From assembly GCA_964057225.1 (NCBI GenBank), contig OZ059898.1, positions 2,170,001-2,234,000 on the forward strand: a stretch of 64,000 nucleotides of DNA. The letters run 5' to 3'. This stretch comes from Auanema rhodensis (lineage: Eukaryota > Animalia > Nematoda). The notes beneath the pieces were generated by a model that was given only the letters and a program-made list of their open reading frames with translations, was not told the origin of the DNA and made no database searches. This document shows, piece by piece, positions 40,901 through 56,000 of this stretch. The stretch's first letter is position 1; each line of letters starts with the position of its first letter. The position numbers and the translations under genes were made by a program.

Positions 40901-43900
40901 TTTCAAACGATCATAACTAATTTTTGTATTAAGCGTTTCTCAATGTAGTATAGTGCATTCGATGCGGATTTTTAAGCTGCGTCGATCTGTGTTATCAGAT
41001 TTGCGCTAGCTTAAAAATGCACCGAGATATAAACTGATATAAGTTCACACTTATATCCTCGATTTTCACCCAGAAGATTTAATTTTTTCGTTGAATAACA
41101 TTGTCCATCGTCTTTGCCTTGTAAAATGGAATCTAAAAACATCTACTTTTTGCTAAATTATTTTGAAATTTTTCGAAAAAATTTTTGTCAAAATGTTTTT
41201 GGAAGCAATGTTGAGTGTACATGGAAACTCAACATACACTAATGCATCATTTTTCAAACGATCATAACTAATTTTTGTATTAAGCGTTTCTCAATGTAGT
41301 ATAGTGCATTCGATGCGGATTTTTAAGCTGCGTCGATCTGTGTTATCAGATTTGCGCTAGCTTAAAAATGCACCGAGATATCAACTGATATAAGTTCACA
41401 CTTATATCCTCGATTTTCACCCTGAAGATTTAATTTTTTCGTTGAATAACATTGTCCATCGTCTTTGCCTTGAAAAATGGAATCTAAAAACATCTACTTT
41501 TTGCTAAATTATTTTGAAATTTTTCGAAAAAATTTTTGTCAAAATGTTTTTGGAAGCAATGTTGAGTGTACATGGAAACTCAACATACACTAATGCATCA
41601 TTTTTCAAACGATCATAACTAATTTTTGTATTAAAAGTTTCTCAATGTAGTATAGTGCATTCGATGCGGATTTTTAAGCTGCGTCGATCTGTGTTATCAG
41701 ATTTGCGCTAGCTTAAAAATGCACCGTGATATCAACTGATATAAGTTCACACTTATATCCTCGATTTTCACCCTAAAGAATTAATTTTTTCGTTGAATAA
41801 CATTGTCCATCGTCTTTGCCTTGAAAAATGGAATCTAAAAACATCTACTTTTTGCTAAATTATTTTGAAATTTTTCGAAAAAATTTTTGTCAAAATGTTT
41901 TTGGAAGCAATGTTGAGTGTACATGGAAACTCAACATACACTAATGCATCATTTTTCAAACGATCATAACTAATTTTTGTATTAAGCGTTTCTCAATGTA
42001 GTATAGTGCATTCGATGCGGATTTTTAAGCTGCGTCGATCTGTGTTATCAGATTTGCGCTAGCTTAAAAATGCACCGAGATATCAACTGATATAAGTTCA
42101 AACTTATATCCTCGATTTTCACCCTGAAGAATTAATTTTTTTGTTGAATAACATTGTCCATCGTCTTTGCCTTGAAAAAAGGAATCTAAAAACATCTACT
42201 TTTTGCTAAATTATTTTGAAATTTTCTGAAAAAATTTTTGTCAAAATGTTTTTGGAAGCAATGTTGAGTGTACATGGAAACTCAACATACACTAATGCAT
42301 CATTTTTCAAACGATCATAACTAATTTTTGTATTAAGCGTTTCTCAATGTAGTATAGTGCATTCGATGCGGATTTTTAAACTGCGTCGATCTGTGTTATC
42401 AGATTTGCGCTAGCTTAAAAATGCACCGAGATATCAACTGATATAAGTTCACACTTATATCCTCGATTTTCACCCTGAAGATTTAATTTTTTCGTTGAAT
42501 AACATTGTCCATCGTCTTTGCCTTGAAAAATGGAATCTAAAAACATCTACTTTTTGCTAAATTTTTTTGAAATTTTTCGAAAAAATTTTTGTCAAAATGT
42601 TTTTGGAAGCAATGTTGAGTGTACATGGAAACTCAACATACACTAATGCATCATTTTTCAAACGATCATAACTAATTTTTGTATTAAGCGTTTCTCAATG
42701 TAGTATAGTGCATTCGATGCGGATTTTTAAGCTGCGTCGATCTGTGTTATCAGATTTGCGCTAGCTTAAAAATGCACCGAGATATCAACTGATATAAGTT
42801 CACACTTATATCCTCGATTTTCACCCTGAAGAATTAATTTTTTTGTTGAATAACATTGTCCATCGTCTTTGCCTTGAAAAAAGGAATCTAAAAACATCTA
42901 CTTTTTGCTAAATTATTTTGAAATTTTTCGAAAAAATTTTTGTCAAAATGTTTTTGGAAGCAATGTTGAGTGTACATGGAAACTCAACATACACTAATGC
43001 ATCATTTTTCAAACGATCATAACTTATTTTTGTATTAAGCGTTTCTCAATGTATTATAGTGCATTCGATGCGGATTTTTAAGCTGCGTCGATCTGTGTTA
43101 TCAGATTTGCGCTAGCTTAAAAATGCACCGTGAAATCAACTGATATAAGTTCACACTTATATCCTCGATTTTCACCCTGAAGAATTAATGTTTTCGTTGA
43201 ATAACATTGTCAATCGTCTTTGCCTTGAAAAAAGGAATCTAAAAACATCTACTTTTTGCTAAATTATTTTGAAATTTTTCGAAAAAATTTTTGTCAAAAT
43301 GTTTTTGGAAGCAATGTTGAGTGTACATGGAAACTCAACATACACTAATGCATCATTTTTCAAACGATCATAACTAATTTTTGTATTAAGCGTTTCTCAA
43401 TGTAGTATAGTGCATTCGATGCGGATTTTTAAGCTGCGTCGATCTGTGTTATCAGATTTGCGCTAGCTTAAAAATGCACCGAGATATCAACTGATATAAG
43501 TTCAAACTTATATCCTCGATTTTCACCCTGAAGAATTAATTTTTTTGTTGAATAACATTGTCCATCGTCTTTGCCTTGAAAAAAGGAATCTAAAAACATC
43601 TACTTTTTGCTAAATTATTTTGAAATTTTCTGAAAAAATTTTTGTCAAAATGTTTTTGGAAGCAATGTTGAGTGTACATGGAAACTCAACATACACTAAT
43701 GCATCATTTTTCAAACGATCATAACTAATTTTTGTATTAAGCGTTTCTCAATGTAGTATAGTGCATTCGATGCGGATTTTTAAGCTGCGTCGATCTGTGT
43801 TATCAGATTTGCGCTAGCTTAAAAATGCACCGAGATATCAACTGATATAAGTTCACACTTATATCCTCGATTTTCACCCTGAAGATTTAATTTTTTCGTT

Positions 43901-46900
43901 GAATAACATTGTCCATCGTCTTTGCCTTGAAAAATGGAATCTAAAAACATCTACTTTTTGCTAAATTTTTTTGAAATTTTTCGAAAAAATTTTTGTCAAA
44001 ATGTTTTTGGAAGCAATGTTGAGTGTACATGGAAACTCAACATACACTAATGCATCATTTTTCAAACGATCATAACTAATTTTTGTATTAAGCGTTTTTC
44101 AATGTAGTATAGTGCATTCGATGCGGATTTTTAAGCTGCGTCGATCTGTGTTATCAGATTTGCGCTAGCTTAAAAATGCACCGAGATATCAACTGATATA
44201 AGTTCACACTTATATCCTCGATTTTCACCCTGAAGATTTAATTTTTTCGTTGAATAACATTGTCCATCGTCTTTGCCTTGAAAAATGGAATCTAAAAACA
44301 TCTACTTTTTGCTAAATTTTTTTGAAATTTTTCGAAAAAATTTTTGTCAAAATGTTTTTGGAAGCAATGTTGAGTGTACATGGAAACTCAACATACACTA
44401 ATGCATCATTTTTCAAACGATCATAACTAATTTTTGTATTAAGCGTTTTTCAATGTAGTATAGTGCATTCGATGCGGATTTTTAAGCTGCGTCGATCTGT
44501 GTTATCAGATTTGCGCTAGCTTAAAAATGCACCGAGATATCAACTGATATAAGTTCACACTTATATCCTCGATTTTCACCCTGAAGAATTAATTTTTTTG
44601 TTGAATAACATTGTCCATCGTCTTTGCCTTGAAAAAAGGAATCTAAAAACATCTACTTTTTGCTAAATTATTTTGAAATTTTTCGAAAAAATTTTTGTCA
44701 AAATGTTTTTGGAAGCAATGTTGAGTGTACATGGAAACTCAACATACACTAATGCATCATTTTTCAAACGATCATAACTTATTTTTGTATTAAGCGTTTC
44801 TCAATGTATTATAGTGCATTCGATGCGGATTTTTAAGCTGCGTCGATCTGTGTTATCAGATTTGCGCTAGCTTAAAAATGCACCGTGAAATCAACTGATA
44901 TAAGTTCACACTTATATCCTCGATTTTCACCCTGAAGAATTAATGTTTTCGTTGAATAACATTGTCAATCGTCTTTGCCTTGAAAAAAGGAATCTAAAAA
45001 CATCTACTTTTTGCTAAATTATTTTGAAATTTTTCGAAAAAATTTTTGTCAAAATGTTTTTGGAAGCAATGTTGAGTGTACATGGAAACTCAACATACAC
45101 TAATGCATCATTTTTCAAACGATCATAACTAATTTTTGTATTAAGCGTTTCTCAATGTAGTATAGTGCATTCGATGCGGATTTTTAAGCTGCGTCGATCT
45201 GTGTTATCAGATTTGCGCTAGCTTAAAAATGCATCGAGATATCAACTGATATAAGTTCACACTTATATCCTCGTTTTTCACCCTGAAGAATTAATTTTTT
45301 CGTTGAATAACATTGTCCATCGTCTTTGCCTTGAAAAAAGGAATCTAAAAACATCTACTTTTTGCTAAATTATTTTGAAATTTTTCGAAAAAATTTTTGT
45401 CAAAATGTTTTTGGAAGCAATGTTGAGTGTACATGGAAACTCAACATACACTAATGCATCATTTTTCAAACGATCATAACTAATTTTTGTATTAAGCGTT
45501 TCTCAATGTAGTATAGTGCATTCGATGCGGATTTTTAAGCTGCGTCGATCTGTGTTATCAGATTTGCGCTAGCTTAAAAATGCACCGAGATATCAACTGA
45601 TATAAGTTCACACTTATATCCTCGATTTTCACCCTGTAGAATTAATTTTTTCGTTGAATAACATTGTCCATCGTCTTTGCCTTGAAAAAAGGAATCTATA
45701 AACATCTACTTTTTGCTAAATTATTTTGAAATTTTTCGAAAAAATTTTTGTCAAAATGTTTTTGGAAGCAATGTTGAGTGTACATGGAAACTCAACATAC
45801 ACTAATGCATCATTTTTCAAACGATCATAACTAATTTTTGTATTAAGCGTTTCTCAATGTAGTATAGTGCATTCGATGCGGATTTTTAAGCTGCGTCGAT
45901 CTGTGTTATCAGATTTGCGCTAGCTTAAAAATGCACCGAGATATCAACTGATATAAGTTCACACTTATATCCTCGATTTTGACCCTGAAGAATTAATTTT
46001 TTCGTTGAATAACATTGTCCATCGTCTTTGCCTTGAAAAAAGGAATCTAAAAACATCTACTTTTTGCTAAATTATTTTGAAATTTTTCGAAAAAATTTTT
46101 GTCAAAATGTTTTTGGAAGCAATGTTGAGTGTACATGGAAACTCAACATACACTAATGCATCATTTTTCAAACGATCATAACTAATTTTTGTATTAAGCG
46201 TTTCTCAATGTAGTATAGTGCATTCGATGCGGATTTTTAAGCTGCGTCGATTTGTGTTATCAGATTTGCGCTAGCTTAAAAATGCACCGAGATATCAACT
46301 GATATAAGTTCACACTTATATCCTCGATTTTCACCCTGAAGAATTAATTTTTTCGTTGAATAACATTGTCCATCGTCTTTGCCTTGAAAAAAGGAATCTA
46401 AAAACATCTACTTTTTGCTAAATTATTTTGAAATTTTTCGAAAAAAGTTTTGTCAAAATGTTTTTGGAAGCAATGTTGAGTGTACATGGAAACTCAACAT
46501 ACACTAATGCATCATTTTTCAAACGATCATAACTAATTTTTGTATTAAGCGTTTCTCAATGTATTATAGTGCATTCGATGCGGATTTTTAAGCTGCGTCG
46601 ATCTGTGTTATCAGATTTGCGCTAGCTTAAAAATGCACCGTGAAATCAACTGATATAAGTTCACACTTATATCCTCGATTTTCACCCTGAAGAATTAATG
46701 TTTTCGTTGAATAACATTGTCCATCGTCTTTGCCTTGAAAAAAGGAATCTAAAAACATCTACTTTTTGCTAAATTATTTTGAAATTTTTCGAAAAAATTT
46801 TTGTCAAAATGTTTTTGGAAGCAATGTTGAGTGTACATGGAAACTCAACATACACTAATGCATCATTTTTCAAACGATCATAACTAATTTTTGTATTAAG

Positions 46901-47008
46901 CGTTTCTCAATGTAGTATAGTGCATTCGATGCGGATTTTTAAGCTGCGTCGATCTGTGTTATCAGATTTGCGCTAGCTTAAAAATGCACCGAGATATCAA
47001 CTGATATA

Positions 47009-50000
47009 TGTTCACACTTATATCCTCGATTTTCACCCTGAAGAATTAATTTTTTCGTTGAATAACATTGTCCATCGTCTTTGCCTTGAAAAAAGGAATC
47101 TAAAAACATCTACTTTTTGCTAAATTATTTTGAAATTTTCTGAAAAAATTTTTGTCAAAATGTTTTTGGAAGCAATGTTGAGTGTACATGGAAACTCAAC
47201 ATACACTAATGCATCATTTTTCAAACGATCATAACTAATTTTTGTATTAAGCGTTTCTCAATGTAGTATAGTGCATTCGATGCGGATTTTTAAGCTGCGT
47301 CGATCTGTGTTATCAGATTTGCGCTAGCTTAAAAATGCACCGAGATATCAACTGATATAAGTTCACACTTATATCCTCGATTTTCACCCTGAAGATTTAA
47401 TTTTTTCGTTGAATAACATTGTCCATCGTCTTTGCCTTGAAAAATGGAATCTAAAAACATCTACTTTTTGCTAAATTATTTTGAAATTTTTCGAAAAAAT
47501 TTTTGTCAAAATGTTTTTGGAAGCAATGTTGAGTGTACATCGAAACTCAACATACACTAATGCATCATTTTTCAAACGATCATAACTAATTTTTGTATTA
47601 AGCGTTTCTCAATGTAGTATAGTGCATTCGATGCGGATTTTTAAGCTGCGTCGATCTGTGTTATCAGATTTGCGCTAGCTTAAAAATGCACCGAGATATC
47701 AACTGATATAAGTTCACACTTATATCCTCGATTTTCACCCTGAAGAATTAATTTTTTTGTTGAATAACATTGTCCATCGTCTTTGCCTTGAAAAAAGGAA
47801 TCTAAAAACATCTACTTTTTGCTAAATTATTTTGAAATTTTTCGAAAAAATTTTTGTCAAAATGTTTTTGGAAGCAATGTTGAGTGTACATGGAAACTCA
47901 ACATACACTAATGCATCATTTTTCAAACGATCATAACTAATTTTTGTATTAAGCGTTTCTCAATGTAGTATAGTGCATTCGATGCGGATTTTTAAGCTGC
48001 GTCGATCTGTGTTATCAGATTTGCGCTAGCTTAAAAATGCACCGAGATATCAACTGATATAAGTTCAAACTTATATCCTCGATTTTCACCCTGAAGAATT
48101 AATTTTTTTGTTGAATAACATTGTCCATCGTCTTTGCCTTGAAAAAAGGAATCTAAAAACATCTACTTTTTGCTAAATTATTTTGAAATTTTTCGAAAAA
48201 ATTTTTGTCAAAATGTTTTTGGAAGCAATGTTGAGTGTACATGGAAACTCAACATACACTAATGCATCATTTTTCAAACGATCATAACTAATTTTTGTAT
48301 TAAGCGTTTCTCAATGTAGTATAGTGCATTCGATGCGGATTTTTAAGCTGCGTCGATCTGTGTTATCAGATTTGCGCTAGCTTAAAAATGCACCGAGATA
48401 TCAACTGATATAAGTTCAAACTTATATCCTCGATTTTCACCCTGAAGAATTAATTTTTTTGTTGAATAACATTGTCCATCGTCTTTGCCTTGAAAAAAGG
48501 AATCTAAAAACATCTACTTTTTGCTAAATTATTTTGAAATTTTTCGAAAAAATTTTTGTCAAAATGTTTTTGGAAGCAATGTTGAGTGTACATGGAAACT
48601 CAACATACACTAATGCATCATTTTTCAAACGATCATAACTAATTTTTGTATTAAGCGTTTCTCAATGTAGTATAGTGCATTCGATGCGGATTTTTAAGCT
48701 GCGTCGATCTGTGTTATCAGATTTGCGCTAGCTTAAAAATACACCGAGATATCAACTGATATAAGTTCACACTTATATCCTCGATTTTCACCCTGAAGAT
48801 TTAATTTTTTCGTTGAATAACATTGTCCATCGTCTTTGCCTTGAAAAATGGAATCTAAAAACATCTACTTTTTGCTAAATTATTTTGAAATTTTTCGAAA
48901 AAATTTTTGTCAAAATGTTTTTGGAAGCAATGTTGAGTGTACATGGAAACTCAACATACACTAATGCATCATTTTTCAAACGATCATAACTAATTTTTGT
49001 ATTAAGAGTTTCTCAATGTAGTATAGTGCATTCGATGCGGATTTTTAAGCTGCGTCGATCTGTGTTATCAGATTTGCGCTAGCTTAAAAATGCACCGTGA
49101 TATCAACTGATATAAGTTCACACTTATATCCTCGATTTTCACCCTGAAGAATTAATTTTTTCGTTGAATAACATTGTCCATCGTCTTTGCCTTGAAAAAT
49201 GGAATCTAAAAACATCTACTTTTTGCTAAATTATTTTGAAATTTTTCGAAAAAATTTTTGTCAAAATGTTTTTGGAAGCAATGTTGAGTGTACATCGAAA
49301 CTCAACATACACTAATGCATCATTTTTCAAACGATCATAACTAATTTTTGTATTAAGCGTTTCTCAATGTAGTATAGTGCATTCGATGCGGATTTTTAAG
49401 CTGCGTCGATCTGTGTTATCAGATTTGCGCTAGCTTAAAAATGCACCGAGATATCAACTGATATAAGTTCACACTTATATCCTCGATTTTCACCCTGAAG
49501 AATTAATTTTTTTGTTGAATAACATTGTCCATCGTCTTTGCCTTGAAAAAAGGAATCTAAAAACATCTACTTTTTGCTAAATTATTTTGAAATTTTTCGA
49601 AAAAATTTTTGTCAAAATGTTTTTGGAAGCAATGTTGAGTGTACATGGAAACTCAACATACACTAATGCATCATTTTTCAAACGATCATAACTAATTTTT
49701 GTATTAAGCGTTTCTCAATGTAGTATAGTGCATTCGATGCGGATTTTTAAGCTGCGTCGATCTGTGTTATCAGATTTGCGCTAGCTTAAAAATGCACCGA
49801 GATATCAACTGATATAAGTTCAAACTTATATCCTCGATTTTCACCCTGAAGAATTAATTTTTTTGTTGAATAACATTGTCCATCGTCTTTGCCTTGAAAA
49901 AAGGAATCTAAAAACATCTACTTTTTGCTAAATTATTTTGAAATTTTTCGAAAAAATTTTTGTCAAAATGTTTTTGGAAGCAATGTTGAGTGTACATGGA

Positions 50001-53000
50001 AACTCAACATACACTAATGCATCATTTTTCAAACGATCATAACTAATTTTTGTATTAAGCGTTTCTCAATGTAGTATAGTGCATTCGATGCGGATTTTTA
50101 AGCTGCGTCGATCTGTGTTATCAGATTTGCGCTAGCTTAAAAATGCACCGAGATATCAACTGATATAAGTTCAAACTTATATCCTCGATTTTCACCCTGA
50201 AGAATTAATTTTTTTGTTGAATAACATTGTCCATCGTCTTTGCCTTGAAAAAAGGAATCTAAAAACATCTACTTTTTGCTAAATTATTTTGAAATTTTTC
50301 GAAAAAATTTTTGTCAAAATGTTTTTGGAAGCAATGTTGAGTGTACATGGAAACTCAACATACACTAATGCATCATTTTTCAAACGATCATAACTAATTT
50401 TTGTATTAAGCGTTTCTCAATGTAGTATAGTGCATTCGATGCGGATTTTTAAGCTGCGTCGATCTGTGTTATCAGATTTGCGCTAGCTTAAAAATACACC
50501 GAGATATCAACTGATATAAGTTCACACTTATATCCTCGATTTTCACCCTGAAGATTTAATTTTTTCGTTGAATAACATTGTCCATCGTCTTTGCCTTGAA
50601 AAATGGAATCTAAAAACATCTACTTTTTGCTAAATTATTTTGAAATTTTTCGAAAAAATTTTTGTCAAAATGTTTTTGGAAGCAATGTTGAGTGTACATG
50701 GAAACTCAACATACACTAATGCATCATTTTTCAAACGATCATAACTAATTTTTGTATTAAGAGTTTCTCAATGTAGTATAGTGCATTCGATGCGGATTTT
50801 TAAGCTGCGTCGATCTGTGTTATCAGATTTGCGCTAGCTTAAAAATGCACCGTGATATCAACTGATATAAGTTCACACTTATATCCTCGATTTTCACCCT
50901 GAAGAATTAATTTTTTCGTTGAATAACATTGTCCATCGTCTTTGCCTTGAAAAATGGAATCTAAAAACATCTACTTTTTGCTAAATTATTTTGAAATTTT
51001 TCGAAAAAATTTTTGTCAAAATGTTTTTGGAAGCAATGTTGAGTGTACATGGAAACTCAACATACACTAATGCATCATTTTTCAAACGATCATAACTAAT
51101 TTTTGTATTAAGCGTTTCTCAATGTAGTATAGTGCATTCGATGCGGATTTTTAAGCTGCGTCGATCTGTGTTATCAGATTTGCGCTAGCTTAAAAATGCA
51201 CCGAGATATCAACTGATATAAGTTCAAACTTATATCCTCGATTTTCACCCTGAAGAATTAATTTTTTTGTTGAATAACATTGTCCATCGTCTTTGCCTTG
51301 AAAAAAGGAATCTAAAAACATCTACTTTTTGCTAAATTATTTTGAAATTTTCTGAAAAAATTTTTGTCAAAATGTTTTTGGAAGCAATGTTGAGTGTACA
51401 TGGAAACTCAACATACACTAATGCATCATTTTTCAAACGATCATAACTAATTTTTGTATTAAGCGTTTCTCAATGTAGTATAGTGCATTCGATGCGGATT
51501 TTTAAGCTGCGTCGATCTGTGTTATCAGATTTGCGCTAGCTTAAAAATGCACCGAGATATCAACTGATATAAGTTCACACTTATATCCTCGATTTTCACC
51601 CTGAAGATTTAATTTTTTCGTTGAATAACATTGTCCATCGTCTTTGCCTTGAAAAAAGGAATCTAAAAACATCTACTTTTTGCTAAATTATTTTGAAATT
51701 TTTCGAAAAAATTTTTGTCAAAATGTTTTTGGAAGCAATGTTGAGTGTACATGGAAACTCAACATACACTAATGCATCATTTTTCAAACGATCATAACTA
51801 ATTTTTGTATTAAGCGTTTCTCAATGTAGTATAGTGCATTCGATGCGGATTTTTAAGCTGCGTCGATCTGTGTTATCAGATTTGCGCTAGCTTAAAAATG
51901 CACCGAGATATCAACTGATATAAGTTCACACTTATATCCTCGATTTTCACCCTGAAGATTTAATTTTTTCGTTGAATAACATTGTCCATCGTCTTTGCCT
52001 TGAAAAAAGGAATCTAAAAACATCTACTTTTTGCTAAATTATTTTGAAATTTTTCGAAAAAATTTTTGTCAAAATGTTTTTGGAAGCAATGTTGAGTGTA
52101 CATGGAAACTCAACATACACTAATGCATCATTTTTCAAACGATCATAACTAATTTTTGTATTAAGCGTTTCTCAATGTAGTATAGTGCATTCGATGCGGA
52201 TTTTTAAGCTGCGTCGATCTGTGTTATCAGATTTGCGCTAGCTTAAAAATGCACCGAGATATCAACTGATATAAGTTCACACTTATATCCTCGATTTTCA
52301 CCCTGAAGAATTAATTTTTTTGTTGAATAACATTGTCCATCGTCTTTGCCTTGAAAAAAGGAATCTAAAAACATCTACTTTTTGCTAAATTATTTTGAAA
52401 TTTTTCGAAAAAATTTTTGTCAAAATGTTTTTGGAAGCAATGTTGAGTGTACATGGAAACTCAACATACACTAATGCATCATTTTTCAAACGATCATAAC
52501 TAATTTTTGTATTAAGCGTTTCTCAATGTATTATAGTGCATTCGATGCGGATTTTTAAGCTGCGTCGATCTGTGTTATCAGATTTGCGCTAGCTTAAAAA
52601 TGCACCGTGAAATCAACTGATATAAGTTCACACTTATATCCTCGATTTTCACCCTGAAGAATTAATGTTTTCGTTGAATAACATTGTCAATCGTCTTTGC
52701 CTTGAAAAAAGGAATCTAAAAACATCTACTTTTTGCTAAATTATTTTGAAATTTTTCGAAAAAATTTTTGTCAAAATGTTTTTGGAAGCAATGTTGAGTG
52801 TACATGGAAACTCAACATACACTAATGCATCATTTTTCAAACGATCATAACTAATTTTTGTATTAAGCGTTTCTCAATGTAGTATAGTGCATTCGATGCG
52901 GATTTTTAAGCTGCGTCGATCTGTGTTATCAGATTTGCGCTAGCTTAAAAATGCACCGAGATATCAACTGATATAAGTTCAAACTTATATCCTCGATTTT

Positions 53001-56000
53001 CACCCTGAAGATTTAATTTTTTTGTTGAATAACATTGTCCATCGTCTTTGCCTTGAAAAAAGGAATCTAAAAACATCTACTTTTTGCTAAATTATTTTGA
53101 AATTTTCTGAAAAAATTTTTGTCAAAATGTTTTTGGAAGCAATGTTGAGTGTACATGGAAACTCAACATACACTAATGCATCATTTTTCAAACGATCATA
53201 ACTAATTTTTGTATTAAGCGTTTCTCAATGTAGTATAGTGCATTCGATGCGGATTTTTAAGCTGCGTCGATCTGTGTTATCAGATTTGCGCTAGCTTAAA
53301 AATGCACCGAGATATCAACTGATATAAGTTCACACTTATATCCTCGATTTTCACCCTGAAGATTTAATTTTTTCGTTGAATAACATTGTCCATCGTCTTT
53401 GCCTTGAAAAATGGAATCTAAAAACATCTACTTTTTGCTGAATTATTTTGAAATTTTTCGAAAAAATTTTTGTCAAAATGTTTTTGGAAGCAATGTTGAG
53501 TGTACATGGAAACTCAACATACACTAATGCATCATTTTTCAAACGATCATAACTAATTTTTGTATTAAGCGTTTCTCAATGTAGTATAGTGCATTCGATG
53601 CGGATTTTTAAGCTGCGTCGATCTGTGTTATCAGATTTGCGCTAGCTTAAAAATGCACCGAGATATCAACTGATATAAGTTCACACTTATATCCTCGATT
53701 TTCACCCTGAAGAATTAATTTTTTTGTTGAATAACATTGTCCATCGTCTTTGCCTTGAAAAAAGGAATCTAAAAACATCTACTTTTTGCTAAATTATTTT
53801 GAAATTTTTCGAAAAAATTTTTGTCAAAATGTTTTTGGAAGCAATGTTGAGTGTACATGGAAACTCAACATACACTAATGCATCATTTTTCAAACGATCA
53901 TAACTAATTTTTGTATTAAGCGTTTCTCAATGTATTATAGTGCATTCGATGCGGATTTTTAAGCTGCGTCGATCTGTGTTATCAGATTTGCGCTAGCTTA
54001 AAAATGCACCGTGAAATCAACTGATATAAGTTCACACTTATATCCTCGATTTTCACCCTGAAGAATTAATGTTTTCGTTGAATAACATTGTCAATCGTCT
54101 TTGCCTTGAAAAAAGGAATCTAAAAACATCTACTTTTTGCTAAATTATTTTGAAATTTTTCGAAAAAATTTTTGTCAAAATGTTTTTGGAAGCAATGTTG
54201 AGTGTACATGGAAACTCAACATACACTAATGCATCATTTTTCAAACGATCATAACTAATTTTTGTATTAAGCGTTTCTCAGTGTAGTATAGTGCATTCGA
54301 TGCGGATTTTTAAGCTGCGTCGATCTGTGTTATCAGATTTGCGCTAGCTTAAAAATGCACCGAGATATCAACTGATATAAGTTCACACTTATATCCTCGA
54401 TTTTCACCCTGAAGATTTAATTTTTTCGTTGAATAACATTGTCCATCGTCTTTGCCTTGAAAAATGGAATCTAAAAACATCTACTTTTTGCTAAATTATT
54501 TTGAAATTTTTCGAAAAAATTTTTGTCAAAATGTTTTTGGAAGCAATGTTGAGTGTACATGGAAACTCAACATACACTAATGCATCATTTTTCAAACGAT
54601 CATAACTAATTTTTGTATTAAGCGTTTCTCAATGTAGTATAGTGCATTCGATGCGGATTTTTAAGCTGCGTCGATCTGTGTTATCAGATTTGCGCTAGCT
54701 TAAAAATGCACCGAGATATCAACTGATATAAGTTCAAACTTATATCCTCGATTTTCACCCTGAAGAATTAATTTTTTTGTTGAATAACATTGTCCATCGT
54801 CTTTGCCTTGAAAAAAGGAATCTAAAAACATCTACTTTTTGCTAAATTATTTTGAAATTTTTCGAAAAAATTTTTGTCAAAATGTTTTTGGAAGCAATGT
54901 TGAGTGTACATGGAAACTCAACATACACTAATGCATCATTTTTCAAACGATCATAACTAATTTTTGTATTAAGCGTTTCTCAATGTAGTATAGTGCATTC
55001 GATGCGGATTTTTAAGCTGCGTCGATTTGTGTTATCAGATTTGCGCTAGCTTAAAAATGCACCGAGATATAAACTGATATAAGTTCACACTTATATCCTC
55101 GATTTTCACCCAGAAGATTTAATTTTTTCGTTGAATAACATTGTCCATCGTCTTTGCCTTGTAAAATGGAATCTAAAAACATCTACTTTTTGCTAAATTA
55201 TTTTGAAATTTTTCGAAAAAATTTTTGTCAAAATGTTTTTGGAAGCAATGTTGAGTGTACATGGAAACTCAACATACACTAATGCATCATTTTTCAAACG
55301 ATCATAACTAATTTTTGTTTTAAGCGTTTCTCAATGTAGTATAGTGCATTCGATGCGGATTTTTAAGCTGCGTCGATCTGTGTTATCAGATTTGCGCTAG
55401 CTTAAAAATGCACCGAGATATCAACTGATATAAGTTCACACTTATATCCTCGATTTTCACCCTGAAGAATTAATTTTTTTGTTGAATAACATTGTCCATC
55501 GTCTTTGCCTTGAAAAAAGGAATCTAAAAACATCTACTTTTTGCTAAATTATTTTGAAATTTTTCGAAAAAATTTTTGTCAAAATGTTTTTGGAAGCAAT
55601 GTTGAGTGTACATGGAAACTCAACATACACTAATGCATCATTTTTCAAACGATCATAACTAATTTTTGTATTAAGCGTTTCTCAATGTATTATAGTGCAT
55701 TCGATGCGGATTTTTAAGCTGCGTCGATCTGTGTTATCAGATTTGCGCTAGCTTAAAAATGCACCGTGAAATCAACTGATATAAGTTCACACTTATATCC
55801 TCGATTTTCACCCTGAAGAATTAATGTTTTCGTTGAATAACATTGTCAATCGTCTTTGCCTTGAAAAAAGGAATCTAAAAACATCTACTTTTTGCTAAAT
55901 TATTTTGAAATTTTTCGAAAAAATTTTTGTCAAAATGTTTTTGGAAGCAATGTTGAGTGTACATGGAAACTCAACATACACTAATGCATCATTTTTCAAA

